The position numbers and the translations under genes are program-made. 64,000 nucleotides of DNA from Thainema sp. (GTDB taxonomy: Bacteria > Cyanobacteriota > Cyanobacteriia > Phormidesmidales > Phormidesmidaceae), in NCBI GenBank assembly GCA_052168235.1, contig JBQLZK010000014.1:56495-120494 (forward strand), written 5' to 3'. The notes under the pieces are model-generated. The model ran no database searches. It was not told where the DNA came from and worked only from the letters and a program-made list of their open reading frames with translations. Positions 9,979 through 19,243 of this stretch are shown piece after piece. The number at the start of each line of letters is the position of its first letter. The stretch's first letter is position 1.

Positions 9979-10081
9979 CATGTGGATGAATGGCTGTGGA
10001 TGATTGTTGGTTGATGATGGTGATTGTTAATTGTTGACGTCTGTTGTGACGGTCACTAGCAGCTTTTTGGATCGACCTTAG

Positions 10082-10172
10082 TACTGTGTCAAATCAGGTT
10101 TGATGGTTGATATGTCGCACTTTGCGCGATATATCAACCATCAAACCCCACCAAAACAACGTTGATAAACCA
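10082..10172. mobile_element. 91-bp MITE-like element family C, copy 1
   Basis: TACTGTGTCAA...TTGATAAACCA ends with internal hairpin GGTTTGATGGTTGATAT...ATATCAACCATCAAACC; homologous to 53840-53930. Confidence 0.8.
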
Positions 10173-10479
10173 CTGTCAACCCTTGTCAATATGCGGAATT
10201 GGCTTTCTGCATAACTTGAGGCTGTTCAGCGATATGAACTAACGCGTCTATGTCGGCCCTGTTTAATGTGCCCTGCTTCAATCGTCTGGCTTTATGGAGG
10301 CTTCATAGAAAGTGCGATCGCATGTATCTCTGATGAAATCTGCTCTATTGAGATTGACAAATTCACCAAAACTATCCTGAAGCCAAACGTATCAGCTTGT
10401 ATTTCAAAGAGTCATTCTGAAATTGCCCCAAAAGAGCCATCGGTGCTCTTTTCTTGCTCTTTTGCAAACAGGATTAGAT

Positions 10480-12450
10480 ATGCATCATCCCATCGCATCC
10501 CAACAGACAGAATCAGGATTTCACATTGAACCCAACCCCTATGGTTTCAATCCAGAGCATACTCCGCTACTTGGCCATGCTTCGTTCAACATTGGCACAG
10601 CGTCTAGCGACCTCAGCACAGAGCGTTTCGATCTTCAATCAGCCCAAGCGGGGTTGAGCCGCAGTGCAGCGCTGTCAACCCCGCTGATCACCTTTTTGAG
10701 TGAAGAGTTAGCCCTAGCGGCAGCTCCATCAGATCTAAAACAAACTGGCGCAGGTGATGTCCTGACTGGGCTATCGGCTGCAACAGCACTAGTCCGGCCA
10801 ACCGATGCCAGTCTACAGTCCCGTTTATTCGGGACTCTAGACAGCACAGATCTGAATAATCCCCTGCGCAGTGGCAGCTTCTACGATGGATACTATCTGG
10901 CTGGCTTAGCGGCTGGTGAACAGGTTCAAGTTCGCGTCAACTCTAGCGCTTTTGATACCTACCTCCAAATCATCAATGCCGACACGGGGACGCTGGTTGC
11001 ATTTGATGATGATAGTGGCCCTGGCTTAAATTCCCAGCTGACATTTACCGTTCAGGCTGAAACCGATTACATCATTCAAGTCAGCAGTTTTGGTGTAGGT
11101 GAAGTCGGCAACTATCAGCTCAATAGTTCGGCTGGCCAGCTCAATCCAGCCGCTGCTATGCAGCCCAACCAAACTGTACAGGGAGCATTAGTCAGCAGCG
11201 ATGCAGAAGATAAACAGTTTGGCGACTACTACTATGACGGCTATTACATATCGAATCTAACGGCTGGTCAGACGGTTCAAATCAATCTCAGTTCCAGCCA
11301 ATTCGATACTTATCTACAGTTGGTCGATGCCGATACTGGCGACATTATTGCGATGGATGATGACGGCGGCCCTGGCCTCAATTCTCAACTGACATTTGTG
11401 GCCCAGGCAGATACCAACTACATTGTCCAGGCGACTTCTTATGCCTCTAATACAACTGGTAGCTATACACTAACCACATCGGTGAATGGCGGCAGTCCGA
11501 CTCCTGGGTTTAGCAGCTTTTACGGGTATGGGCACGTTGATGCCGCTGCGCTGGTGGCAACTGCTCTTGGCCAGTCCGCTTTTGCCAATGTTCCCGACCT
11601 CGGTGGTGATCAGTGGAATCTTGACCAGGTAGGAGCACCAGAAGTCTGGGCCCAAGGATATACAGGGCAAGGCGTCGTGGTCGCCGTGATTGATACGGGA
11701 GTGGACTACAACCACGTTGCTTTAGCCGATAACATCTGGGCCAATGCGGGCGAAGTCGCCAACAATGGCATTGATGATGATGGCAATGGCTATATTGACG
11801 ATGTTCAAGGTTGGGATTTTGCCTACGACGATAATGATCCGATGGACAACAATGGCCACGGTACCCATGTCGCTGGAACAGTGGCAGCAACAGGAGCAAA
11901 CCAGGTAACTGGGGTTGCGCCGGATGCTGCAATTATGCCGATTCAAGTCTTGATGGATAACGGTTTTGGTACCAATGCTGATATCTCTGAGGGCATTGTC
12001 TATGCCGTTGACAATGGAGCCGATGTCATCAATCTGAGCTTGGGCGGTACGTTTTCGGCTGATATTCGCGATGCCGTTGAGTATGCCTGGAATCAAGGAG
12101 TTGCCGTGATTATGGCTGCTGGTAACGAATATGATTTTCAACCGGGTTTCCCTGCCAAACATGCGACAGATTGGGGCATCGCCGTTGGCGCAGTTGACAT
12201 TAACCGACAGATCCCTGCGTTTGCGAATTATGCTGGTTCGGTTGTTTTAGATTACGTTGTTGCACCGGGAGTTGATATTGTGTCTACTACTCCGGGTAAT
12301 AATTACGATGCCTATAGCGGCACCTCAATGGCTGCTCCGCACGTTGCAGGTGTGGCGGCGCTCTTGTTGAGCGCAGTTCCTACCTTGACGGTTGATCAGC
12401 TAGAAAACCTGATCATCGGCACTGCTAATCCTACAGGTATCACAGCCTAG
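10480..12450 (+). CDS. S8 subtilase with two PPC-like domains
   Basis: Catalytic motifs VAVIDTG, HGTHVAG, AAGN, GTSMAAPH; duplicated ~100-aa FDTYLQ..DADTG...DDD.GPGLNSQLTF domains; ATG 10480 preferred over TTG 10423. Confidence 0.92.
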   Translation: MHHPIASQQTESGFHIEPNPYGFNPEHTPLLGHASFNIGTASSDLSTERFDLQSAQAGLSRSAALSTPLITFLSEELALAAAPSDLKQTGAGDVLTGLSAATALVRPTDASLQSRLFGTLDSTDLNNPLRSGSFYDGYYLAGLAAGEQVQVRVNSSAFDTYLQIINADTGTLVAFDDDSGPGLNSQLTFTVQAETDYIIQVSSFGVGEVGNYQLNSSAGQLNPAAAMQPNQTVQGALVSSDAEDKQFGDYYYDGYYISNLTAGQTVQINLSSSQFDTYLQLVDADTGDIIAMDDDGGPGLNSQLTFVAQADTNYIVQATSYASNTTGSYTLTTSVNGGSPTPGFSSFYGYGHVDAAALVATALGQSAFANVPDLGGDQWNLDQVGAPEVWAQGYTGQGVVVAVIDTGVDYNHVALADNIWANAGEVANNGIDDDGNGYIDDVQGWDFAYDDNDPMDNNGHGTHVAGTVAATGANQVTGVAPDAAIMPIQVLMDNGFGTNADISEGIVYAVDNGADVINLSLGGTFSADIRDAVEYAWNQGVAVIMAAGNEYDFQPGFPAKHATDWGIAVGAVDINRQIPAFANYAGSVVLDYVVAPGVDIVSTTPGNNYDAYSGTSMAAPHVAGVAALLLSAVPTLTVDQLENLIIGTANPTGITA

Positions 12451-12464
12451 CGATTTTATAAATG

Positions 12465-12557
12465 TACAGCTCTATTAAATAGCTGTTGAATTAAATTGAT
12501 TATGAACAGGCCACCCCGCCGGAGCAGCCTGTTCATAATCAATTTAAGATTGCTGTA
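12465..12557. repeat. Dispersed hairpin element family B, copy 2
   Basis: TACAGC...TAAATTGATTATGAACAGG-loop-CCTGTTCATAATCAATTTA-AGATTGCTGTA; TACAGC/GCTGTA inverted ends. Confidence 0.8.
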
Positions 12558-12565
12558 GAAGAACA

Positions 12566-12612
12566 AGAAGAAGGCTTAAGTTGCCTGGTCACGGTGGCTT
12601 AAGCCTTCTTCT
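12566..12612. terminator. Hairpin, probable terminator of the subtilase gene
   Basis: AGAAGAAGGCTTAAG...CTTAAGCCTTCTTCT inverted repeat. Confidence 0.6.
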
Positions 12613-12719
12613 ATGTTTGGTATAAGCAGTAAATTGCAAACTTGGAATTCTGAGGCTGGAGCTTCATCCTAAAATGAATGTAATCATTTAATGTAGTCGT
12701 TTACTGAGGATGTTGGTCA

Positions 12720-12935
12720 ATGCCTGTAGAAGCCGTTGGAAATCCACCCCCCGAAGCCGATCAGTTGCGGACTGAAATTGAAAAGCAACTGCCAGAGATC
12801 ATCAATAGTTTTAGCCAAGTTTTGCAAGAGCAGTTTGGGTTTGAAGGCATTCGCGTTGGTGGATTTACGATTGTTCCGGCAGAAGCTGCCGCGAATAATA
12901 TTTCCTGCAATGAAGAAGGTTGTTCAATCGATTAA
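12720..12935 (+). CDS. Small acidic hypothetical protein (71 aa) with C-terminal CxxxxC
   Basis: GAGGA upstream of ATG; bounded by hairpins at 12566 and 12958; ends ISCNEEGCSID. Confidence 0.7.
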   Translation: MPVEAVGNPPPEADQLRTEIEKQLPEIINSFSQVLQEQFGFEGIRVGGFTIVPAEAAANNISCNEEGCSID

Positions 12936-13016
12936 GACTCTAATCTTGAGGCTCTAGTGATGTTTATGAACAGCTTGGAGGGTGAGTTGTTCATAAACAT
13001 CAGTCGGTTATTACGA

Positions 13017-13613
13017 TTACCAAAAATCGGTGATTTGATAGCCCAACTGCATCATTATTTGGCGGAGTAGCGGTAGGCTGAGGCCAATCACGTTGCTGTG
13101 GCAGCCGTCGATTTTTTCCACAAATGCTCCACCCTTGCCTTCGAGCGCAAAGCAACCGGCACAATTTAACGGTTCGCCCGTCGCCACGTAAGCTTCAATT
13201 TCGCGATCGCAGATATCGGCAAAATAGACCTGGGTAATGCCCGTCTGCACCACGGTGCGCTGCTGCTGCGTATCAATCAGCGCATGCCCTGTATACAGCT
13301 GGCCCACCTGACCGCGCATGGTTTGCCAACGTGCGATCGCAACTTCAGGTGTCTCTGGCTTACCGTAAATTTCACCCTGAATGGCCAGTACCGAATCGCA
13401 TCCCATCACCAGCGCATGAGTATCGGCAAACTGGGGCACAATCACATTGGCTTTGCCGAGAGCTAACTCTTCAACCAATGCCAACGGATCACGGAGCTGA
13501 ATTCGTGACTCATCAAAATCGCTGGGCCGCACGATTGGCTCAATGCCAACGGACTGGAGGAGCCGCTTGCGGGCAGAAGAAGCTGAGGCTAGAACGAAGC
13601 GGGGCTGTCTCAT
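13017..13613 (-). CDS. maf: Maf family nucleoside triphosphate pyrophosphatase
   Basis: [19 protein letters not shown]...[26 protein letters not shown]. Confidence 0.95.
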   Translation of the reverse strand: MRQPRFVLASASSARKRLLQSVGIEPIVRPSDFDESRIQLRDPLALVEELALGKANVIVPQFADTHALVMGCDSVLAIQGEIYGKPETPEVAIARWQTMRGQVGQLYTGHALIDTQQQRTVVQTGITQVYFADICDREIEAYVATGEPLNCAGCFALEGKGGAFVEKIDGCHSNVIGLSLPLLRQIMMQLGYQITDFW

Positions 13614-13715
13614 AGTGCTAAATGCAATTAGACTAAAACCCCAAAACTGAAGGAGCGCCTCTTGAGGCTGCCCCTAGTTTTGGGGTTACGTTTATTGATA
13701 CCAACTGTCTTAGAT

Positions 13716-14255
13716 TTAGTAAACAGAGAAAGAGTCCACTGACTGACGCAACAGATCGCCAACTTTGCTCCAGCGGTTCTCTAAGGTTGAAGCATTAAAC
13801 GTAAAGAGCTGTCCTCGACGGACGACAACACTGGCTAGATTATGCCGTTGCTGATCGGGCAAATCCACTTCATATTCCAGCAGATAGTAGGTTTCTGTCC
13901 CCTTTTGTTGAGCTTCTGCACTAATCAAATCAACTTTACGCTGGTTTTCAGCCAGAGTTGAAATGCTTTTTGCCAGTTTGTAGCCCACTTCAGTCGGCGT
14001 GCCCAAATCTTCTAAGCTTTCGCCTTCTGGCACGGGACTAATCACCACGCTGACGTTTTCGGTATCGTTGATCAGGTCACGATAGACAACGTCTGGCCCG
14101 TTGGAAACTTGCACTTTGACCCAGCCGGTTGGGTATAAAAATTCGTAGCCATCGTAGCTATCAGCATAGCTTTGTAGTCCTGCTCCCGCAGAGACGCAGC
14201 CTTGTAAGCCTATTGCTAGGACGATCAGCAACGCGGCAGTAATTCGCTTCAACAT
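13716..14255 (-). CDS. psbP: Photosystem II PsbP family lipoprotein (CyanoP)
   Basis: Lipobox LQGC; DGYEFLYPTGW, ENVSVVIS, LGTPTEVG, LFTFNAST...RW; start moved to ATG 14255. Confidence 0.9.
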   Translation of the reverse strand: MLKRITAALLIVLAIGLQGCVSAGAGLQSYADSYDGYEFLYPTGWVKVQVSNGPDVVYRDLINDTENVSVVISPVPEGESLEDLGTPTEVGYKLAKSISTLAENQRKVDLISAEAQQKGTETYYLLEYEVDLPDQQRHNLASVVVRRGQLFTFNASTLENRWSKVGDLLRQSVDSFSVY

Positions 14256-14376
14256 GTTAAACCCGTTCCTCAACAAACCTTTCGCCTATCCGTATCAAAC
14301 TTTGCAATTTTGTTTATTCTCCCACTTTGTCTCTTTCCATGCCAGCTTTGCGATCGCAGATAAACTCTGTACGCCG

Positions 14377-14441
14377 TATCAACCCTAAAAGAGGATTCTG
14401 CTGTCGCATCGCGGCAGCAGAATCCTCTTTTAGGGTTGATA
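14377..14441. repeat. Long inverted repeat (27-bp perfect arms)
   Basis: TATCAACCCTAAAAGAGGATTCTGCTG...CAGCAGAATCCTCTTTTAGGGTTGATA. Confidence 0.85.
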
Positions 14442-14591
14442 TGGTTCTCGCTATAAAAAACATGAAAACAAAAAAACCCATCAACAAACGGTGTCTAGCG
14501 ATGACACCTTATTGATGGGCCTACTAATGTCTAGTCGTTATCGAAACGTGGTGTTGTGATTAGATATCACACGGGTTCTGGCACTACCGCA

Positions 14592-14990
14592 TTAGTTAAT
14601 GCTGACGTATTGACCTTGAACCCATCCCCGAGCGCCGGAGGCAGCAAATTGGACGTAGTACCAACTGCCGTTGCTTACCGTGTCTTGTACGGTAATGTCG
14701 TCTCCAGCAAAGCCGTAGCCGATTGGTTCGGCATCAGCGTCAGGTTGGGGATACACCAGAATTTGCGTTTCTGGACTAGCACCTTTTAATTGCCCTGCTT
14801 GGCCATCGCTAGTAGGTCGACTGGGTGTACCTGGATGGTAACCACCATCGCCACCTGTATGGGGACGATGGGGATAGTAACCTGGGCGATCTGCCAGAGC
14901 GGGTGAGTCTGTTAGTAGGACTGCGGTTGTCGCAATCCCAAAACTGCTTGCTGCGATCGCAGCAAGCGCAAGCGGTGTGAACTTCATCAT
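14592..14990 (-). CDS. Secreted bacterial SH3-domain protein
   Basis: Signal peptide ending PALA, P/G/H-rich linker, then IGYG..GD.ITV...WYYVQF...ARGWV.G.YV. Confidence 0.8.
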   Translation of the reverse strand: MMKFTPLALAAIAASSFGIATTAVLLTDSPALADRPGYYPHRPHTGGDGGYHPGTPSRPTSDGQAGQLKGASPETQILVYPQPDADAEPIGYGFAGDDITVQDTVSNGSWYYVQFAASGARGWVQGQYVSIN

Positions 14991-15192
14991 TCACCTCGAA
15001 TTAGCTATAGAGTAACGATTCCTGGACGATAGCCCCAACGAACCCTTGGAATATCCGCCGAAGCTGACTCCAGAAATCATTGCAAGCTTAGCCCAACTGA
15101 GGACAAATGGAACGCAGGATTGCGAGAATTTGCAATTTAGATCTTCTATATACTTTCAAGAGGGAAATTTAGTGAGGCGAGAGGAGTGAGGG

Positions 15193-15317
15193 GTAGAGGC
15201 TGTGTAAAGAGAGTAGATGGGTGGATGAGTGCTTGCGTGATGGTCTGACAAAGCCAACCTACTCCGTTACCCCATCTAACCCTATTACCCATCTACCCAT
15301 CTACTCATCCACCCATC
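15193..15317. repeat. Dispersed repeat family F, copy 1 (core flanked by ACCCATCT-like 8-mers)
   Basis: Core GTGATGGTCTGACAAAGCCAACCTACTCC; inverted homolog at 30058-30170. Confidence 0.75.
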
Positions 15318-15326
15318 AAACGAATC

Positions 15327-16481
15327 CTAACGCTGAAGCTGGATCTGAAGCGGCTGATCGGCTTGAATCACTAAGCCCTCGCCAGATGCCTCGGTGGTTG
15401 AGAGGGACTGGTGACTGCTACCTGCGATCGCAGTTGGCCAGAGCAGCCAGCGACTCCCGGCAGGTAACGCGCTGAGCGTTTGTGAGTCAGCCGTTAGCCA
15501 GATGACTTGGCTCTGCCAGCGCGTATCTGTTGCGAGTGATTCGCCATCGGTCACGCCCGCTAGGGTCATCAATACTGAAAGATCGTTGTGTACCAGGCCA
15601 GTGGCTGCCGTCCAAATGTGGGGCTGGAGTCCCTGTCGCTGGCTATAAAAATAGAGAGAGGCAGCGGCAATCACGGCTTGCTCAAAGGCATCCGACTGCC
15701 ACTGCGCCGCACTGTCTAACGCAATCACGATCTCGTTCGATCCAGTCAGCCGCTCTAGTTCTCGCACCCGCAGATCGCCGTAACGAGCGCTGGTGCGCCA
15801 GTGAATTAAGCGAATCGGGTCGCCCCAGCGGTAGGGGCGCAGGGATTGGGTAATGCCCTCGGTGGCAGATTGCGAACGGTAGCTGCTGCTGACCTGTTCG
15901 TGGGGATCTTGGCCGATTTGGTCGATCAGCGGACATTGCGCCAGCGGCAACACGGTGGGATACACAATTGCGGTGGCTTTGGCGGTTTGCGATCGCAGAC
16001 ACCAAAATAAACCCAACGGCGCAGCAGTGCGGAGTTTCAGCGTTTGCCAGCGATAGATGCCGCGCTTCTCCGCCAGTTGGCTGTACGTCCAGCGATAAGC
16101 GCCTTGGGCCGGAATTTGCTCGATGGATTGGGTAACGGGCTGCCCCAGTCGCGGCGGCAGTTCGTCCTGAATTTGCAGCAGTGATTTAGGCTGCGGAGTG
16201 GGGTTTGAGATTTCTAATTCAACCTGGATTGGGTCGCCTGCGCTGACGGGTGAAATCTGCGATCGCACAATTTTGATGCCCCGCAATGTCCTCGGCGGTA
16301 GGATGGCGGCAATCAGGATCAGTGCCATTGTGATGCCGCTGATCACGTAGAGCCAGCCTGCCATTGTGTTGAGCGCTGCACCCAAGAAGCAGAGGGTTAA
16401 CCCGATCAACAATGCGCCAGCGTAGGCTGGGCTAACCCAGCGGGCTTCGAGCCAATTCAGCCAAGCGTAAATAAATCCCAT
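15327..16481 (-). CDS. DUF58 domain protein
   Basis: Two N-terminal TM segments, RGIYRW, APLGLF, IVYP, LRPYRWGDPIRLIHWRTSAR, FEQAVIAAASL. Confidence 0.9.
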   Translation of the reverse strand: MGFIYAWLNWLEARWVSPAYAGALLIGLTLCFLGAALNTMAGWLYVISGITMALILIAAILPPRTLRGIKIVRSQISPVSAGDPIQVELEISNPTPQPKSLLQIQDELPPRLGQPVTQSIEQIPAQGAYRWTYSQLAEKRGIYRWQTLKLRTAAPLGLFWCLRSQTAKATAIVYPTVLPLAQCPLIDQIGQDPHEQVSSSYRSQSATEGITQSLRPYRWGDPIRLIHWRTSARYGDLRVRELERLTGSNEIVIALDSAAQWQSDAFEQAVIAAASLYFYSQRQGLQPHIWTAATGLVHNDLSVLMTLAGVTDGESLATDTRWQSQVIWLTADSQTLSALPAGSRWLLWPTAIAGSSHQSLSTTEASGEGLVIQADQPLQIQLQR

Positions 16482-16729
16482 GAATTCAGTGAGAGACTCT
16501 TAATTCGTGTTCTCCAGTGTTCCCATCATAAAGTGGCGAAACGCTGGGTGGGCGGAATTCAGCCCAAAGCAGTTCTCAGTCATTCCGTAAAGTGCTTAAA
16601 CTTAGCTGTATCAGGGGAGCAATGATTCCAGATCTAATGACCTTTAAGTTTCAGGAAGCGATTTCATATTTTGTCAGGGTCGTTTTGTTGTTGCCAGAAA
16701 AGTTTCAGAGCCGCAATTTTACGTGTTTG

Positions 16730-16783
16730 GTAGGGGCGTTAGCGAAGCCATGCCCGAAGGGCTATATGGCCATTCGCCCCTAC
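16730..16783. repeat. GTAG-type REP palindrome carrying a 26-nt insert
   Basis: GTAGGGGCG-[TTAGCGAAGCCATGCCCGAAGGGCTA]-TATGGCCATTCGCCCCTAC; uninserted version at 38735-38762. Confidence 0.8.
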
Positions 16784-16951
16784 GTAACGCTGCCCAGATT
16801 TTCTCCAGATAGAGTAAACATGAAATAGCATTCTTTTATTTTGATTACACGTTATTTTGATTACAAGCATTATCAGTATTAACAGGCATCACCAGTAATT
16901 GCGTCGTTGACTTAGGGTTTAACCTTACCTTTTCAATCCTCCACGATCTGC

Positions 16952-18136
16952 ATGATTCATTCAATTTCTCGATCTAGACAACGATTCATTGTTTTGTGTT
17001 TAGTCACGGCAGTTTATGTGGCTCTGCTGATTTGGCTAGATTTACTCCAAGGTGGCTATTGGCGGGATGAGCGCCACTTTTGGGAAACGAGTTTGAGCTT
17101 TAGCGATCGCATCTTGCCGACGCTGGAGCAACTCCGTAATTATGAAGAGCTAAATACGCCGCTGCCTTTCATCATCTTTGGCGCATTGGAGTACCTGTTT
17201 CAGCAGGGTATTTTTTTAGGTCGTTTACTGAATTTAGGGTTGTCGCTGGCCATTAGCTTGATCATTGGCTGGCCTAAACCCGGTAAGCCATACGCGCTAT
17301 TTTGCTTGATTGGTTTATGGCTGTGTCCCTATTATTTTTGGCTGAGCGGACGGTTATACACCGAACTGATTACCTGCTTTTGGATCGTTTTGGGGTTGAT
17401 GGCCTATATTCGCGATCGCACTTTTTTGAGCGGCATAGCATTCATTCTGGCCATTGCGTCCCGTCAGTATGCGCTGGCTTTTCCGCTGGCGATTTTCACC
17501 TATGAATTCGGCTTAGCGATGAAAACTGCGATCGCATCGAGTCAAATCCGGCTGGCGGATCAGTGGAAGTGGCTGGCACCGCTGGTCGCTGTGCTGTCGA
17601 TTGGCGTTTGGCTCTACCTGTTTCAGGGATTAGCTCCGGAAACTGCGATTGAGATTCGCGCTACGCCGGAGGTACAGCAAACGTTTTGGGCGGTAAGGCC
17701 AGGTCAAGTTGTGAATTTTATGGCGTTTACGGGTCTTTATGTGGTGATTCCAGAAAACCTGATTTTTATTGGACTTCTGCGCCAAAATCAGTTTGCGATG
17801 CCGATCCGTAAGGGGATAGGAGTTGCGATCGCATTACTGGTCTATGTGCTAATTTTTCCGCCGTCGTTGGTTGGCGATGGCCCGCTGATGAAGGTGATTG
17901 CGCTGCTGCCGCAGGGAGCGATTGCTGTAGCTGTGCTCTACGGTTTGGCGTTGATTGCATGTCTGCGATTTTCTCGCTTGAATCTGATCACGTTAATCTG
18001 GCTGTTCAATTGCCTGATTATGATTAAGGCGTTTCCGTTGGATCGATACGTTTTACTGTTTGCAGTGGCGTTCTGGTATTTGAAGTCTATCGGCTGGGCT
18101 GATGATCAAAATCAGAGGCTTGAATCGAAATCCTGA
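16952..18136 (+). CDS. Polytopic membrane protein, GT-C glycosyltransferase-like
   Basis: About 10 TM segments; DE motif (WRDERHF) after TM1, TPLP and RLLN motifs, RQY. Confidence 0.6.
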   Translation: MIHSISRSRQRFIVLCLVTAVYVALLIWLDLLQGGYWRDERHFWETSLSFSDRILPTLEQLRNYEELNTPLPFIIFGALEYLFQQGIFLGRLLNLGLSLAISLIIGWPKPGKPYALFCLIGLWLCPYYFWLSGRLYTELITCFWIVLGLMAYIRDRTFLSGIAFILAIASRQYALAFPLAIFTYEFGLAMKTAIASSQIRLADQWKWLAPLVAVLSIGVWLYLFQGLAPETAIEIRATPEVQQTFWAVRPGQVVNFMAFTGLYVVIPENLIFIGLLRQNQFAMPIRKGIGVAIALLVYVLIFPPSLVGDGPLMKVIALLPQGAIAVAVLYGLALIACLRFSRLNLITLIWLFNCLIMIKAFPLDRYVLLFAVAFWYLKSIGWADDQNQRLESKS

Positions 18137-18185
18137 ATTTGAATAAGTGCGATCGCGTTGATAGATTGTTGAAGTTTCTTACAAA

Positions 18186-19160
18186 TTAAAACAACTTTGG
18201 CAATGGATCGCTCTCAATAGCGTGAATTCCGGGATATGACTCCTGTAAACGAGAATTTTTCGATAACCAATTTTGCAATTGCTCCTGAGTTAGACAGAGA
18301 ATCTCCACTCCGCTAATTGCTCGAAATTGTGCGGCACATTCATAAGGAAATAGCTTTTGGCCGATCTCAGAACTTCGAGCTAATTCCAGTCGCTCTATAG
18401 AAGACATTGCTCTAACCTCTTTACGCATGGCATCATATTCGGCCATTGGTATTGGAATACGCTTATCAAAACATTTTTCTGAAACGACTTGATACATGCT
18501 GGGATTGTGCATAAGGCTCTCGTAAGACCAAGGGATCAAGCGGATCTCCATACCATTACATCGTGTCAACCAATGTGCGCCGTTTTGACGCCGGATTACC
18601 TCTACCCATCTTAGTAAACTATCAGGCTTATTATTAATCGCGCGTAGACTTTTGCGCACTGTTGTCGTGACACGTTGCATTTCTCTGCTATCAGCTAAGT
18701 AGCCTAATATTAAGGTCTTTAGCTGTTGGTTGGTTGCTGGACAAACACCTAAACCGAGTATTCGATGGTTGAGCTTCTCCAGTGACAGAGTCAGCGTCTG
18801 ATAACTGGGTACAATCTTTCGCTGCGGTACTTTTGTTTGGTTGAACGTTGGACAGTAATGCTCAATATACTGGCGCTCAAGCTCATCAAGCTGATGTGCA
18901 GAACATTGCAACCAAAATAAACTGACCTCGCATTTCTTGTTAACCGCTTCTAGTTGGAGCAAGCGATGATGATTTTGCCAACGCTTTCTCAAGTTTGTTG
19001 CGAGTCCAACATAGAGAACTTGCTCACGTGCGATCGCAAAATAAATTGCAGAACATTCCGGTAAATTCTGACGTTCTGGCAATGCCAAGCTGGGTAACAT
19101 GCTGAATTCCTGTAACACCACTTGAGTTGATCCAATAAGTTCAACTTTTAGGATGCCCAT
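18186..19160 (-). CDS. GIY-YIG nuclease domain protein with uncharacterised C-terminal domain
   Basis: SAIYF...VLYVGLATNLRKRW..H...ELERQYI....P.FN. Confidence 0.8.
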   Translation of the reverse strand: MGILKVELIGSTQVVLQEFSMLPSLALPERQNLPECSAIYFAIAREQVLYVGLATNLRKRWQNHHRLLQLEAVNKKCEVSLFWLQCSAHQLDELERQYIEHYCPTFNQTKVPQRKIVPSYQTLTLSLEKLNHRILGLGVCPATNQQLKTLILGYLADSREMQRVTTTVRKSLRAINNKPDSLLRWVEVIRRQNGAHWLTRCNGMEIRLIPWSYESLMHNPSMYQVVSEKCFDKRIPIPMAEYDAMRKEVRAMSSIERLELARSSEIGQKLFPYECAAQFRAISGVEILCLTQEQLQNWLSKNSRLQESYPGIHAIESDPLPKLF

Positions 19161-19243
19161 TTGAACGTATCAAATGACGAATGTTGGTTTTCCATGTAAT
19201 CAGGGAACTATGTCAGCAGTCAGTTCTTTAGAAGGAAAGTCCT

